NCBI GenBank assembly: GCA_029953675.1
Contig: JAMWBK010000010.1
Span: 744,001 to 808,000, forward strand
Source of the DNA: Rhodosorus marinus CCMP1338
Lineage: Eukaryota > Plantae > Rhodophyta
Length of the DNA: 64,000 bases
Direction: 5' to 3'
Shown here: in pieces, positions 38,661 to 53,984 of the stretch
Numbering within the stretch: the stretch's first letter is position 1
Layout: every line of letters begins with the position of its first letter
Translations under genes and position numbers: made by a program
Notes under the pieces: generated by a model
Database searches by the model: none
The model's input: only the letters and a program-made list of their open reading frames with translations
Told to the model about the DNA's origin: nothing

Positions 38661-39184
38661 GGTAGTGGTAGTTTTTGAGATAGAAGAAGCATCTATTTGG
38701 GGTGATAGAAGAAGTATATATTTGAGGTGATCGAAGGAGGCAGCAGCCTCACAGCTTTGTTTGAGGAGGAATTTTGGAATGTGTGTTTAAAGGGAGGGTT
38801 AGGGATCTGCTGGTAATGGTGTGGAGAAAGAGGAGAAGGAGGAGGAGTGCTGTCTGTTAAGAGTTTTTGTTGTTGTTGTTGTTGGTTGTGTGTATTTTTG
38901 TGTTTGTGTGAGAGTTGGTGAGATTGAAAAAAGTTAAGAGGGTTTTTTGGGAGTTAAAAAAGTAGATGTTTGTCGGTGGAGCCTCTTAGGGTGCCTGTGG
39001 TTTGTTTGTTTTTTGCCGGGGTGGTTGTTGAGGTGTGTGCCCTTGGGTGCGGGGGTCTTGGTCCATTGGTTGCTGTTTTTGAAGACAAGAAGGATTGTAA
39101 AGAACGATTTCTAGGAGGATGTTGAGCAAAGCGGCGGATGAGTGAGAGTGTTATGGAATTTAGCAGTTGTTCTATAAAGCTGGG

Positions 39185-40810
39185 ATGTTTGCCCGTAAGG
39201 AATTAGGAGGAGGGGCCTGGCTGGTCCTGGTTTATGTATTGTTGTGCGGAGTACAGGATGTTAGGTCACTTTTCATTGAAGGCGTCGATGGGATAAGACC
39301 AACTCTCTACCATCATGTCCTGGAAAATGTCGGGTGGGCACGGTCATACGATTATTTTATTAGGGCCAATGCAACCCTCATGACCAACATGGACCCATGC
39401 AAGGAACTTCAGAATCCACAGGTATACAAGGAAACGTTTTTGGTTTACGACAACGCGATGGAGTCTGAGGAGTGCACCGAATTCGTAAGTTTTGAAAACG
39501 GCAATTTTTGTTTCCCTCCAGAAGGGTTGGTATCGCAACCCCGAACTCAACTGAACGTTATGGAATAATTCATTTCTCTCACAGATGTTGACAGAGGCAG
39601 AGAACATTGGGGCAGCAGGGGTGTTGATGTGGTCATCCAAATTGCAGGGCAACTGGAATAGAAGCGTGACCGTAAGCACACGAGGTATATGCTCGATAAT
39701 ATTTTGCAACGAGCTTATCGAAACTTTTCCTACTCAGGTTTCAATTCCAGTGGCGTGGACTCAGCCACGATTTGTCCGGCAAGCACAGAGAGTAATCGAG
39801 AAACAGGGGTATGTGACTGTCGTTCTGGACAACAGGGGGGAGGAGTCGTGGAATGGTACAGGTATGTGCGGTGGACGATTCGACTTGTGTCCTGAGAACG
39901 TTCTCAAGAAGGTTTGGTCGTTGTTGGCTTATTTAATCGCTTATGATCCTTCGTTTATTGGGTTGTTTCGTAGCACTCACGAGAGTCTGGCAACCAATTT
40001 TCAGCCTCGTCCGGTATGCAATATGTACGTTGAGCAAGATATCCCTGGACCACCTGTGCGAGCCAAGTGTTCTCTGCCCCATGTCGCTAACTGTTTCACT
40101 TGTTTGTGTATTGATAGTTGCTGTGGTTTGGGCTACGGTCATGCTGCTCCTGGCGAATCTGTGCTCGTTCATGTATAGTAGAGTTCGAGAATGGTTCGCG
40201 ACAAGATGGAGACTGCGTAGAATAAATCGGCTTCCATTCAAACAGTATGCTCCTGGACGAACGGAGGAGGAGGAAGCCTGTGTGATTTGCTTGGAGGACT
40301 TTCAACGAGGGGACAAGGTCAACGTGTTCCCGTGCACTCATATTTTTCATCGTAAGTATATTCGGCTGAGTTGACAGATGAGATGTACCCTTACAGAGTT
40401 GAAGTAACTTACGAACTACTTGCTTTGTTTTCTCTTACAAAGGAGATTGTATTATTACATGGTTGGTAGAAAGCCAGCTTTGTCCAGTTTGCAAGCGCGA
40501 CGTATTTGGTACTACTGCGGAACTGGAATGTGCTGTTAGTGCACAGGAACAGCTCAGTGAAGAGGACGACCCAGCCGAAGCGGCAAGCGTGCCTGAGGAC
40601 GATATTCCTCAAAGGGAACGACGAAGGAGACGCAGTCAATACCGCTCTGTCCAGCGGGTCGACGTGGAAGACTCGGAATCAGATGGAGCATCGGAGGGAA
40701 CGCCGGAGGGAAATCGAAGGAAACGAAGAGATTATGTTACTGTAGACATCGAGGATCCTGCGGTCGAGGAGGAAGAGGTGGTGGTGACCAGCTCCGTCTC
40801 CACCTCGTGA
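39185..40810 (+). CDS. PA-domain, transmembrane, RING-H2 E3 ligase (RNF13/RMR-like)
   Basis: Signal-peptide-like N-terminus, PA-like AENIGAAGVLM...SIPVA, TM helix VSLVCVLIVAVVWATVMLLL, RING CVICLEDF...PCTHIFH...WL...CPVCK, acidic tail. Confidence 0.88.
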
Positions 40811-41107
40811 GCTGGAGTACGAATGACGCGTACCCTTGCGGTGGTGGCCGTTCATATATTTCATGAATAAAATATGCTATAGGGCGCAAGGCTTTATTAT
40901 ACAAGGAGCCCGAGAAAGGGAAAGAGCTGACCTCGCCCACAACTACTGCTCGTACCAGTCTCCTTCCCAGAATTATAGCTGTCCTTTGCAAAGTCATTCT
41001 TGGATTGGTCGGTCAGAGGGGAGTAAAACTTCTGTGCACACCCTTTGTCTGCTTTGTTAACAGGAACGAATCGCTTCGGAGCGGGATAAGACGCAAGAGG
41101 ATGGTAC

Positions 41108-42543
41108 TCAGTCGTCGAAAATCTTATCTATCTCCTCATCCCAGTTCCGCTTCTGACTCGCGGGAGGTTCTGAAGTTGAAGTGGCGCCCTTGACATCCGC
41201 AGAAGACGGCTGCTCGACCACCTGTATTTCAACACCGTCACATAGCTGTCGCCCTGCGGGATTGAAATGTTTCGACAAGAACTTCAGGACCACGTTCAAC
41301 ACTTGGTGAGAGCGGTTTCGTGCTACCGTACTTAAGCGATCTACGTGGAAGAAATACTCGTCCCAGAACGCGCCCTCAGACAGAGCGCTTGGCACAAGCT
41401 CCGTCCTCAGCTCTCTCAAGTTCGGATCCGCATTAAGAGAACCTCGCGCATGCTTACCATCCTTCGCGTACTCAAACTTGAACTCGTTCTTCTTCGCTAG
41501 TCCTGCACCGGGAACTGCCATTAGCTTCATCCGCGAGAACTATTGTCCGTTGGAAAATACGATTTCGGATTTAAATACTCACCACTGAAGAACAGTTCGG
41601 TCCTCCGAGTTTCTGAATATATGCTGTCCGCGACAATCTTCATCATTTCATTCTCAAGTGCCATTGAATGTTCCGCCTCCGCTTCGGGCAGGTCGTTCCA
41701 AGGGGCAACATCTTCACCTTCCCACGCTAGTGTCTCTTCTTCTCCTTGAGTAAACACGACTTCTGGGACCTGGTTCGCTAGGGTTTTCGCGTTCTGCACA
41801 ACAAGGACGTTTGGTGTTAGGGTTGCGAGGAGGAAGCGCCGGTGTTAACAACGAGCTCTAGGAACTATTATCTTATGACGCACTGCCAACAGGGATTGTG
41901 CGCCCTTCTCAAGAGCAGACTCGTCCACATTCATGGATTGCAAAGCCGTGCTCAGGGCGCTCGCTGCTGATTTTCCAACGATGTCCATGTTCTCCTGCAC
42001 CTTTCGAGCATCCATGTTGTCTATCGATTCCGTAACGCTCCTTGCAGAAGGGAAGAGAGCCCTTGCGCATGAGAGAAATTGGGCGGAAGCATAGAGAATC
42101 GGGAAGGCAGATTCGGCGTACTTGATTACTCCGGACAGGAACTCGTCAGTTCTTCCTCCATCCTTGGTTTTCATCAGCGACGCATCAGCGCTTGGCTCGT
42201 CTTGAGGCGACGCATTCGGAATGACTCCTGTGAATTCTGATTCTAAGAATTCCGGCTGTAATTCTCGTGGTAGATCCGAATCCTCAAGACCGTCCGATAT
42301 TGCTTCAAAATTTTTCGTCAAGCTCGACATAAAGGTATTCCATCCCCCTAGAACTGCCGTTGTTGCCGATTGTACAGTAGGCCCAGCCGTTCTCGCTGCA
42401 CTGGATCCTTCGATACTCCCGCTACCTCCAGTCTTACTATCCGATGTTTCCGACGCAGATTGCGTTTGATGTTGGTTGACGCCTGTGTTCTCGTCGTCAA
42501 GAACCGTCTCCTGACTCTTCGACTGTTTCCCTACGGACGCCAT
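41108..42543 (-). CDS. BSD-domain protein (SYAP1-like)
   Basis: LNADPNLRELRTELVPSALSEGAFWDEYFFHV BSD signature in the last exon, upstream APW motif; 4 exons from MASVGKQSK. Confidence 0.85.
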
Positions 42544-43759
42544 CCTCCCTCCTTCAAAAAAACAAACAAACAAACAACCCACTCCTAAAACCCCCCACCC
42601 CCGCAGAAGCACGGATCTTTGCTCAGCCGTCAAAAACAAAACTCCACCAAACTCATAAGAATCTCACCATACGTCTGGCTAATCTCTTGCCAGTTTCCAA
42701 ACCAAAGCCAAGAAAAAATTCTGTGACAGAGAGAACCCAAAGCTATCGCAGAAAAAGAAATCCTACCATAGAACTGTGCAGCCTCTAAAAAAAGAAAAAT
42801 CAAGAAGAAGAAAAAAAAGCATATAAAACTTGTTCCCTGCCACCTCTCACCGTCCTCCTTCCCCAACACCCTTTTACCACACACCCTACAGCGCACCTGC
42901 ATCCTCTGCCTCCATCCGGTGATTTCCGTTCAATATCCCAAAGGTGCTCAAAGCAAAGGAGTTCTATATCAGGACAGGTGACGCCCCCCTTTTCTAACCT
43001 TTTCAGAATCCCGGTAGGTTGCAACATATATTTTGTTTTCCAAACAAAATTCAGGGATTAAAAGTTAATATAGACTAAACAGAAAATTGGGTTTTTTACC
43101 AAGTGCGAAATTAATTTAAAGAAATGGGAGGTTCGGTATTGCTGATTGGATTAATAGATTTTCTTGTGAACGTTCATTGGTTTAAATTTTTCCCGGGAAA
43201 AAATAGAAATAGCTGTTAATCCACGGCGTGGATGGGTCACTCCATCTTGTCCTCCATCGCTCTCTTTCGTGACCCGGCAAAGTCCCCTTCAACCCCTGCG
43301 GTATCTGGCTTGTTTGTTACCGCTTTGCGGAAAGAGTTTTTTAAAAACAATTTACTGAACGGAATCGAATCACATTTTACAAAAGGGGAGGGGGTTATTT
43401 TGAAGGTACTTCACAAGATAATGAAATTGCAAAGAAAAATATTTCTGAGGCATATTTTAAAACGCTATTTTACTTCTTATTTAAGAAATTCAATAGTTGA
43501 TGACCGTGTATTTTACAGAGAAAAAGTTTGGGTATGGACTTTTCCTTTAACATTATTTATGCTCATAATGGGAGTTTTCTCTCTGAATGAATGGGAAACG
43601 CGGCTTCTCTTAGTATATGAAGAGGGAGCGATCAACTGAGGTCTTGGGGAAGGGGAAGGGAAGGGTTTGGGGGAGGGTGGAGACGCTATAGGTATTTAGC
43701 AGTTGTTGTAGTGGATACGATGAAGATAAACTAGACACTTGGTGTGTGCTCCTTTTTGT

Positions 43760-45881
<2,122 letters not shown>

Positions 45882-46421
45882 ACTTCTTGCTTAGGTTTGA
45901 AGAAATGCTGGCTGCCCCTTCGTGACATGTGTTGTTTGTCCTGGTGAAGACTGATAGAACTCCGTAAATTAAAACTCGCTTTCCCCCTTACAAAATCTCA
46001 AACGACCTCCGTCGGACAAGCAGCATGTACCATATAACATATTAACAGTCAGCCCATCCTTGGTGTCCCTAAATATTTGCAGCAATTGTAATTTAAGAGT
46101 CACTGTCCACAGATCAAAAGTAGGACCACACCAGGCCTCTGAAACCGTTATTTTGAGGCCTTTCAAATTCTAAGCATCTTGACAAAATTTTATGCCTCTA
46201 GATGACCCCGCATGGGTCCACTGGGAAGCATTGTATGATGACACTTAACGTGTGTTTCGAGCAAATTTTTTTCGAGGTCAGAAACCATTGTCTTCAGCGG
46301 CTGTGAGGATTCAAAAATGGCGACGGGATGGACGCGTGCAACGACGGATGGGTTCTGGCTATGAACTCATAAGGATATTCTAAGAATAATGGAGGAGTGC
46401 AGGAGTGAAAGTGGCTGGAGC

Positions 46422-48729
46422 ATGATGACGAGTGTGTGCTTCCTGTCTAGCCCAGTGGCTCCGGCTCGAGCTGGTGCGACGAAGCAGGGAAGGAGCCGAA
46501 CTCCGGCTCGGATGTCAGTACCAATGTCGCAGAGGGCAAAGAACATGCAATCGTTTCGAGCGGATGAGAAGCTTCTGTTTACGCCCAACGTTGGAGCTGG
46601 GAGAACGGATTTTGAGGGGGAAAGTGTCCGTGTGGTATACGCATATCCCAACCAGTACGCGGTGGGGATTTGCTCCCTAGGGTATCAGGTAAGCATTCCT
46701 CCCCAGCCGGGCCCCAGATCTTTCGAGAATTTTTCTGTCCTTTTTTATTAAGATGTGCTCCCTGCCGCCCCTCCCCCCCGCGCAAGATTGTGTGGGCTAC
46801 GATAAGTGATCTACCTGGAGTCTCAGTGAGCAGGATGTTCACAAACGCGAGTGAGATGCTACCAAGCAAGATCGACCTTTTAGGATTTTCAATGTCATGG
46901 GAGCTGGATTTCCCGGGCCTTTTTGAAAGCCTGTCCGTATTGGACGTCCCGAGACGGTCTTCTGAAAGAAGCGTTGACGATCCGATAGTTTTCGGCGGCG
47001 GGCCAGTCTTAACTGCAAACGCAGAGCCATTCGTGAGTTTTTGCGAAGTAGACACAGAGAAGGTGACTGAATTCGGGCCTTCCTCTGAAGCTGTGGAATG
47101 AAAACTGTTCTGAAAAAACGACAGGCTGACTTCTTCGACGTCATCCTAGTCGGAGATGGCGAAGAACTACTCGAAGAGTTCATTTCTGAGTGGCAGAAAT
47201 TGAAAGGCTTGAATATCAGTCGTTTGGAGGCCTTAACCCGTCTTGCCGCAACAGTAGAAGGGACTTATGTGCCAGAATTGTATGAGGTTGAGTATGAATG
47301 CGCCGATGGTCCAGTGAGGTCCGTTAAACCGGTCTCTTCGGACGTTCCCTCAGTGGTCAAGAAGAGAACGTTTCGTAGTAAAACTCTGGCCGCGTCAACC
47401 GTGATAACTCCAATGTAAGCGTCTGCTTTCTTCAATGAATTTGAACCCTCCTTGCGTTTCTTCAAGGAATTTAGACCCTCCTCCGTACTTCTTACTGCCT
47501 TGCTTGTTTAGATCAGCATGGGAGAATATACATATGGTAGAGGCCGTGAGAAGCTGTCCTGAGATGTGTAGGTTTTGCCTTGCAAGCTATTCTACTCTCC
47601 CCTTCAGATCTGCGTCAATAGAAGAGGGTTTGATACCAGCCATTGAACGAGGTCTTGAGGTGAGAAAGACTTGTTGTCGATGAATGCTTGTGGGTGTTAC
47701 CTCCACCGGATTTGGAGTGAGCTGACTGGAGCCCATTTCACTTTATTAACGGTATTGAATTAGCACACGCGACGGATTGGTATTCTTGGTGCGTCCGTGA
47801 CCCAACATCCACAATTTGACGAGCTCGTCGACAGACTGTCGGATAAAAAGTACGACGATGTAAGAATATCGCTCTCGTCCGTAAGGACGAACTCTGTCAC
47901 GGAGAAACTAGCTCGGATGCTCTCAACGCATGATTCTCGATCCATCACTGTCGCGGTGGAGAGCGGAAGCGAGCGTTTGAGAAAAGTTATCAATAAGAAA
48001 CTTGAAAATGATCAGATTGTGGAGGCTGCTCGCGTCGCTCAGATTGGAGGTTTGCGCCCAATACCTTGATTCTGGCTTAAGATGTGAAGCTCAAAAGCTG
48101 AGCAATCTGATCTCTCCAACAGGTCTGTCCTCAATGAAGTTGTACGGCATGGCTGGACTGCCGAGCGAGAGTATGGATGACGTCGAGGAGACCCTAGAAA
48201 TGTTCAGAAAACTCAAGTCTGAGTCTGCGAAGCTGAAGAGCAGTTTCCGCTTCACGTTCGGATGCTCCACCTTTGTACCAAAGGCACATACTCCCTTTCA
48301 GTGGTTCCCAGTCAGGAAAGACTCCGATAAGAAATTGAAATACTTGGACAAAGAATTGAGGAAAATTGGTGTAGATTTTAGACCAGAGTCGTACAAGTGG
48401 TCAGTCATCCAGGTAAGAATCCTCCCCTTGAACCAAGAACCGTGAGGTCGCTCCTCAATGGACCTTAAAATTTGGGTTTTGAGCAGGCCCTTATCTCGCG
48501 TGGGGATAGGCGAGTGTCGATGGTCCTGGAGAAAGCTGCAGAGTATGGAGGCAGCCAGGGAAGTATTAAGCGGGCCATGAAGGACTTGAAAGGCAAGCTT
48601 CCTCCGCTTGAGTACTACGCACACGAGGAGTGGGACATAAGCACCTGCTTGCCCTGGTCTGCGGTGCAAATGAGCTTGTCAGACAACCTCTTGAGGGACC
48701 ACCGGGAACAGGCGATGAGCCTCGTTTAA
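46422..48729 (+). CDS. Cyanobacterial-type radical SAM protein with B12-binding-like N-domain, probably plastid-targeted
   Basis: CxxxCxxC in VRSCPEMCRFCLASY; DLLGFSMSWELD, PIVFGGGPVLTANAEPFADFFDVILVGDGE, TVAVESGSERLR, KLYGMAGLP, TFVPKAHTPFQW; transit-peptide-like MMTSVCFLSSPVAPAR. Confidence 0.9.
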
Positions 48730-49054
48730 ATACAAATCCTAGTTAATGTTTAGTTGATTATAGCTTTTTATCTTGTTGCGGTTTTTTGTTTTGATACATA
48801 ACTTGGGTAGCGGATAACTTCTTCTAGTATATATTAACACGTCAACATCAACACATTAGTCACCTCAAGCGATGATCCCCGTCGACTACCCATCAGCTTC
48901 CGACAGACGACGATCGCCACGGGCGCTGGCGACAGAGTTCGCTCCCAAGATGATAAGCACCGCATCCCCATTCATTCGGACGGCTGACCATCGCAAACCT
49001 TCGTATCCTTCAAGACTCAACTCGTACCAGAAGGTCCTGTCCTTCCAGTTAGCT

Positions 49055-49944
49055 TCAACCATTTCCAGCTACATGTTTCGTCTTTCTCTTCTTCTCTGCA
49101 CTTCCCCCAGCGGAATTCGGGCTCCTCTTCTTCGTTTTCCTGCTAATCTTTTTCTCTTTTACACTTTCAGGTCGCGTTGCCGTGTCCGCTTCCCTCTTCT
49201 TCTTTGATCGGCGTATCTCAGCGGGAGTCTTTGTTTCCTTCAGTTCCTTTTCTTTCCTAGTCTTCTTCTTGCTCTCTTTCGGTGATGGATCCTCTTTTCT
49301 TCTTCCGTTCAGCTGATCGTCCTTGGCCGGCTGGTCAATGTACCTCTTCTTTTTCCTGGTCTTCTCTTTAGGCTTTGATTGATATGGGCTCCTCTCCGGT
49401 CGATCTTCATTCAGACTGTCACATGTTTTGTCCTCTTTCAGCCTTTTCTCAGCCTTCTTGTGTTTCTGTAGCAAAATGAGCGAGGAAAATACAATGTGAT
49501 CGTGAGCCTCTTGCAAGAAAACGAAAGCTCAGTTCAAAGCAAAACCCGGAGACTTGCTACCTTGGAAGCCACGTGAATCTCAACATCTTTATCGTTCAAC
49601 AGTCTCTTCTGCTTGCAGAGCGTGCAAACACGTGTCTTTGTCTCTTTCAGTTTTTCTGTCTTCAGCACCTGAATCACCTCTCCATCCTCCTCTTCTGGTA
49701 GCATCTGCGGCTCATCCTCTTCTTCCAGGGCATCTGCGTCAGAAATTCTTAACGTAGGATCATTAAATAAGAGCTTTCTAAGCACCTCAGTATCCTCATA
49801 CTCCTCGTCACTCGAAGAGCGACCTCCAGGATCACCTTCTTTCCTCTCGTTCTCGTCGGCCGACAGCTCATCCGATGACGTCCCACTTTCGGACTCAGCG
49901 CCGTCGTCGTCATACACAAAGTTCCATTTCACTCGCTTGATCAT
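49055..49944 (-). CDS. Acidic/lysine-rich protein with a matrin/U1-type C2H2 zinc finger (probably nuclear or nucleolar)
   Basis: Spliced CTLCKQKRLLNDKDVEIHVASKKH, then a long K/E/R-rich tail; the last few codons may differ if a further short intron is used. Confidence 0.6.
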
Positions 49945-50756
49945 TTGTAGTCAAAATCGAAGATCTCGATATATAAAAAGGAGACGCCTTTATAACCGCT
50001 GTTTGTGACTAAAGGAAAGCCGTTGTCTGTTCTATCTCTTCTAAACACTGTGCAAGTATCCGATTGACTTGATACCCCCCCCCGGCGCACATCGTGCAAA
50101 CCGCTTTTCATCGCGTCCGCCGCGCTCATTTCCCAATCTAAAAATTAGACATTTTCATTCAAAGGACCTCGATGAAAAAAACTAATATTGAAATACAAAA
50201 TAATTCAATAGGAGAATAATCTTCAATCCAAATACACAAAACTACATAATAAAAAAGTATATTTTGAGTACAAGTTGATATCAATTGGCTGTACTCCGTT
50301 CGTCTTTTACTAATTACAATATTTTTATTTCATAATATTCATTGTAGTTAATTTATTAACCGAGTTGTCTTACTGCAAAATTGATGATTCTTTATTGGTC
50401 GAGAAAAGGAATACATATAAATTAATATGCAATAGTCACAAATATATTTTGTCTTTTAGATATAAATAGTCTCAATAATGATTTTGTCATCTAATTTTTT
50501 TTTGTGTGAGCACGAAATTGTTTTTTTTTCTGAAAGTCTCGTCGACGTGGCAGTTGGGTTGATTAGTTCCGATGAGTTTGGGCAAAAGTGTGGGGTGAGG
50601 AAGAAGGTCTATCCTGCTCACGATTGAAGACAAGCAGGTTTCTGTTTCTGGTTGGAGTAATAGCCCATTGCTAGGGACTGCTTTGTATGCATATCAGTGA
50701 CTTTAGAGCAAGCGGTTTTCCTCACCAGGTGGAATTGGGAGTGGACTGTTTTCGTG

Positions 50757-51514
50757 ATGTGGAAAAGTCTGGTAACGCATCGCGCAGCAGTTCGATGGCA
50801 GAGTGGTCGTGGAATATTCGGGTTCAATAAGCGTAAGGAAGAAGAGAGGTACGTAAAAGCTGGAAGTAGTGTGTTAAGCCGCTGGTGAGCTGAGGAGGTC
50901 TGCTTAAGCTGGACGTGCGAATTGTTGTGTTCAGCCCCACCGCGGAGGAACCGAAGCCCGCTGAAGTCGCAGAGGAAGTAGGGGAGGAGTACGAAGACGT
51001 TGAAGTGAAGAGCATACCCGTGCCTAAATCTGCTTCGGAGTGCTTGGAGAATGAGGAACTGCTTGAGATTGTTTCTACACATGTGGGATCAAAGCTAGAT
51101 CCCCATCAACTGGAAACGAAGACCTTGGATCCGTCTAAGCTTAGGGTCGATGTAAGTAGAGACCGATAATCCATGGATAACGAAGTTCAAAAACGTTTCT
51201 TCTCTGATTTTAGAAGGACTCTTTCATGGCAACGAACAAAGGTCTTGGCCCATTTCCGGACATCCTACGACGTTTTGTTCCCGAGCAACGTCTTCCCTAC
51301 GCTTCGGACGGTTGGAGATGCTGCTGATTATGTCATTACCCAATTGAATCCACCCGCAACTCTATTTGAGCAGATCAAGGCCAAGGCGCCGTCGAATGTG
51401 CAGTACTTGCACAACCTCCACAGACCCAGAACAGGTGTGAAAGAGGACCGGAAAAGAGGAGAGAAGATCAGCTCGAATAGGGATTACAATAGATCGGCCG
51501 GCTCTCCGCCTTGA
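50757..51514 (+). CDS. Mitochondrial ribosomal protein mL50-like
   Basis: Presequence-like MWKSLVTHRAAVRWQSGRGIFGF; 3 exons; VLAHFRTSYDVLFPSNVFPTLRTVGDAADYV...LFEQIKAKAPSNVQY resembles the mL50 core. Confidence 0.55.
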
Positions 51515-51719
51515 AAACAACATATTGGAAAGAGGATGTAGGATGTAGATACAATTAGAACACGCACGTCGGTGCAAAAACTGTTTAGCTAATGGAAACT
51601 TTGTTCTCGGGCGAAAGAATCGGTGCTCACGGCCGGTTCCCACAAACCAAAATCTAAATAATTCGTTAGTTCTTGTGAATGTTGAGCGAGAAACCACAGG
51701 ATCAAAAATTGGCCAAAAC

Positions 51720-53157
51720 CTAAGAAATCCCATCCAGTTTTAACGATTTGAAGGTTACCTTCAACTGAGACTGCCAGGTGTTCATCACACGTGCTTTTCT
51801 GTAGCTACAGATGGACACGACTGTCCCGTCCTCTCCCATCCTTCCGGTCCTCCCGGCAAGGTGCAGATACTCGTTCTGGTCGCTTGGACAATCGATAAGG
51901 AAGACAACATCAACATGGCTGAGATGGAGTCCACGTGCAGCAGCCTCGCTTGCTATGAGAAGAGGAGCACTCTGGCCTAGATCAGAGTCCCCGCCGTTAA
52001 AGCTCCTCATGAGCTTGTCGTACGTATCCGTAGATACGATGCTAACCTGGCCCTTTCCGAACCCGTAACCCTCGTGTAACGCCATGGCTTCCGCAAAGCC
52101 CCTTCCACGGAGTTCCCCGATGACCTTGGTGATACTTGCGTTTTTGTTGATGAATATTAAGGGCTTCTTTGGCTTCAGCTGTAACAAGGCGCAAGTAAGC
52201 GCATCCATCTTATCGCTGTCTTCATCGTTAATGACGGGCAAGCAGATGTGCTCGATATTCTGCGGTATCAAAATTCGAGGTCCATTGCCACTGTCCTCCT
52301 CTGGAAGTACCTCTAGGGCTGGCCGAATAACCGCCATTCCGTCCTTCATTGGTAGACTGAGAAGAGACGCAAGTTCTCTCTTTAGGGGTCTGCCTACAGT
52401 TGCCGACGCAGCAATGACTTGACATTCCATGCCATCGCGAGCTATTCTCTCCAGGATAGCTGATGCTGGTTTCGCGTGCCTCTTCTTCTTCTGCTTTACG
52501 GCGCGAGCAGCATGCTTTCCAACGGTGCCAATCAGTCGATCGACCTCGTCAAACACGATGACTTTGAACATATTGAAGAAACCCTTGAACCCGAATTTCT
52601 CAGACAAGGCATGAACCGTCTTCGCGGTACCTACCAAAAGCGTTCTTGTCTTTGGCATATTCAGTTCTTCGAGGTAACTGACCCTCCCGCTCTCATCACC
52701 CAGCAGCGCGCATGCTTCACTGTACACTTGCACGCCCAGCTCTCGAGTAGGTACGATAATGAGGTAGCCTTTCTTGACCTCAGATTCAAGCATGTTCTTG
52801 ATAATCGGTAGCAAGTACGCGATTGTCTTTCCACTTCCTGTCTCCGCATGCAGAACAGCCGTCTCGCCCTTGAACAACCGCGCCATCGCGGCGCTTTGTA
52901 TCGGACTGGGATCCCGGACATTCCTCCTAGCCAAGGCTTCAGAAACAGCGGAATCTATCTGGATGCCCCCAAATTCTACGCCAACATTTTCATCAGCTTC
53001 TTCACATGTGCTCAAGGCATTTGCAACCGTGACAGGTCTTCGGGCATCTCGGAATACTACACGTCTCGCCCGCCTTCCGCATCTCAAGCGCGACCGTGTA
53101 GAGTCGTTCCATTGAGCGAAGCAACCAACGAACCCGCTCATGGTGATGCCAGTCATG
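51720..53157 (-). CDS. DEAD-box RNA helicase (DEVD variant), probably plastid-targeted
   Basis: Intronless; Q-motif PSPIQ, AETGSGKT, VPTRELG, FDEVDRL, ASAT, ARGLH, YLHLAGRTGRMG; N-terminus MTGITMSGFVGCF. Confidence 0.92.
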
Positions 53158-53469
53158 TTATTCAATCCAAGAAGCACTGAATTCTAATCATACCATGATA
53201 GATGGGGTTGACTGCTGCTATCCTCTCCTCATCCAAATATGTGCAACCTTCACCGTCGTCGTCAAATACAAGCGGGTTGCTTATCGATGCAGTAGACGAT
53301 GATTAAAGAGGGATCTTGACTGGCTCTGTTTTGGGTAGTTTGGAACTCTGGAGACAGAGAAGAAAGGTTTAACAGCTCACGTGGAAGTGGAGACCATTTC
53401 CCAGGGCTTTCAGTCTTCACGCTGGTGTGGGGACCGTGTACCCCCTGGGTAGCTCCCAGCAGATAAGAG

Positions 53470-53984
53470 ATGCGGTGGATAAGGTCTCTGAACGTCTCCA
53501 AATCCAGTGCTTCAGCGCTTATGGTGACAAAGGCAGAGTTTACGTCGGGTCATTTCCCGGGCAAACCGATTATTCCAGCGGTGATGCAGCTCCAGGCGCT
53601 TGAAGAGCTGGGACGGGCGTTCTGTGGACAAATGAGGTAAGGCCCACATGCGCCGATGGGGAGGGAGCACCCTAGCAGCTGCCGTCCTTTAGGAAAAAAT
53701 CATAATGGGCTTCCTTTAAGCGCCTTATCTGATAACGTTCAATCTCTAATTCACGAAAACGTAGGCCCTCAGGAGCCAAGGGCACGTACGCTCTCGGGGC
53801 AGTTCTAAACGCGAGGTTTCGTAGCCCTCTCACACCGGACACAACCGCCAGCTTGAAGGTAACTCTACATAGTCAAGAGGGATCCGATTTTCTCATCAGC
53901 GGACTGGTTGAGACGACTCCAGAACCAGGACAGAAAATCGCAGAAGCCCTTCTTCGCTTCACCCTCACCCCAAACCGAGACTAG
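53470..53984 (+). CDS. FabZ/ApeI-like hotdog-fold 3-hydroxyacyl-ACP dehydratase homologue, 128 aa (absent from ORF track)
   Basis: Exons 53470-53636 and 53765-53984 total 387 nt in frame; GHFPGKPIIPAVMQLQAL, then NARFRSPLTPDTTASLKVTL and KIAEALLRF. Confidence 0.8.
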
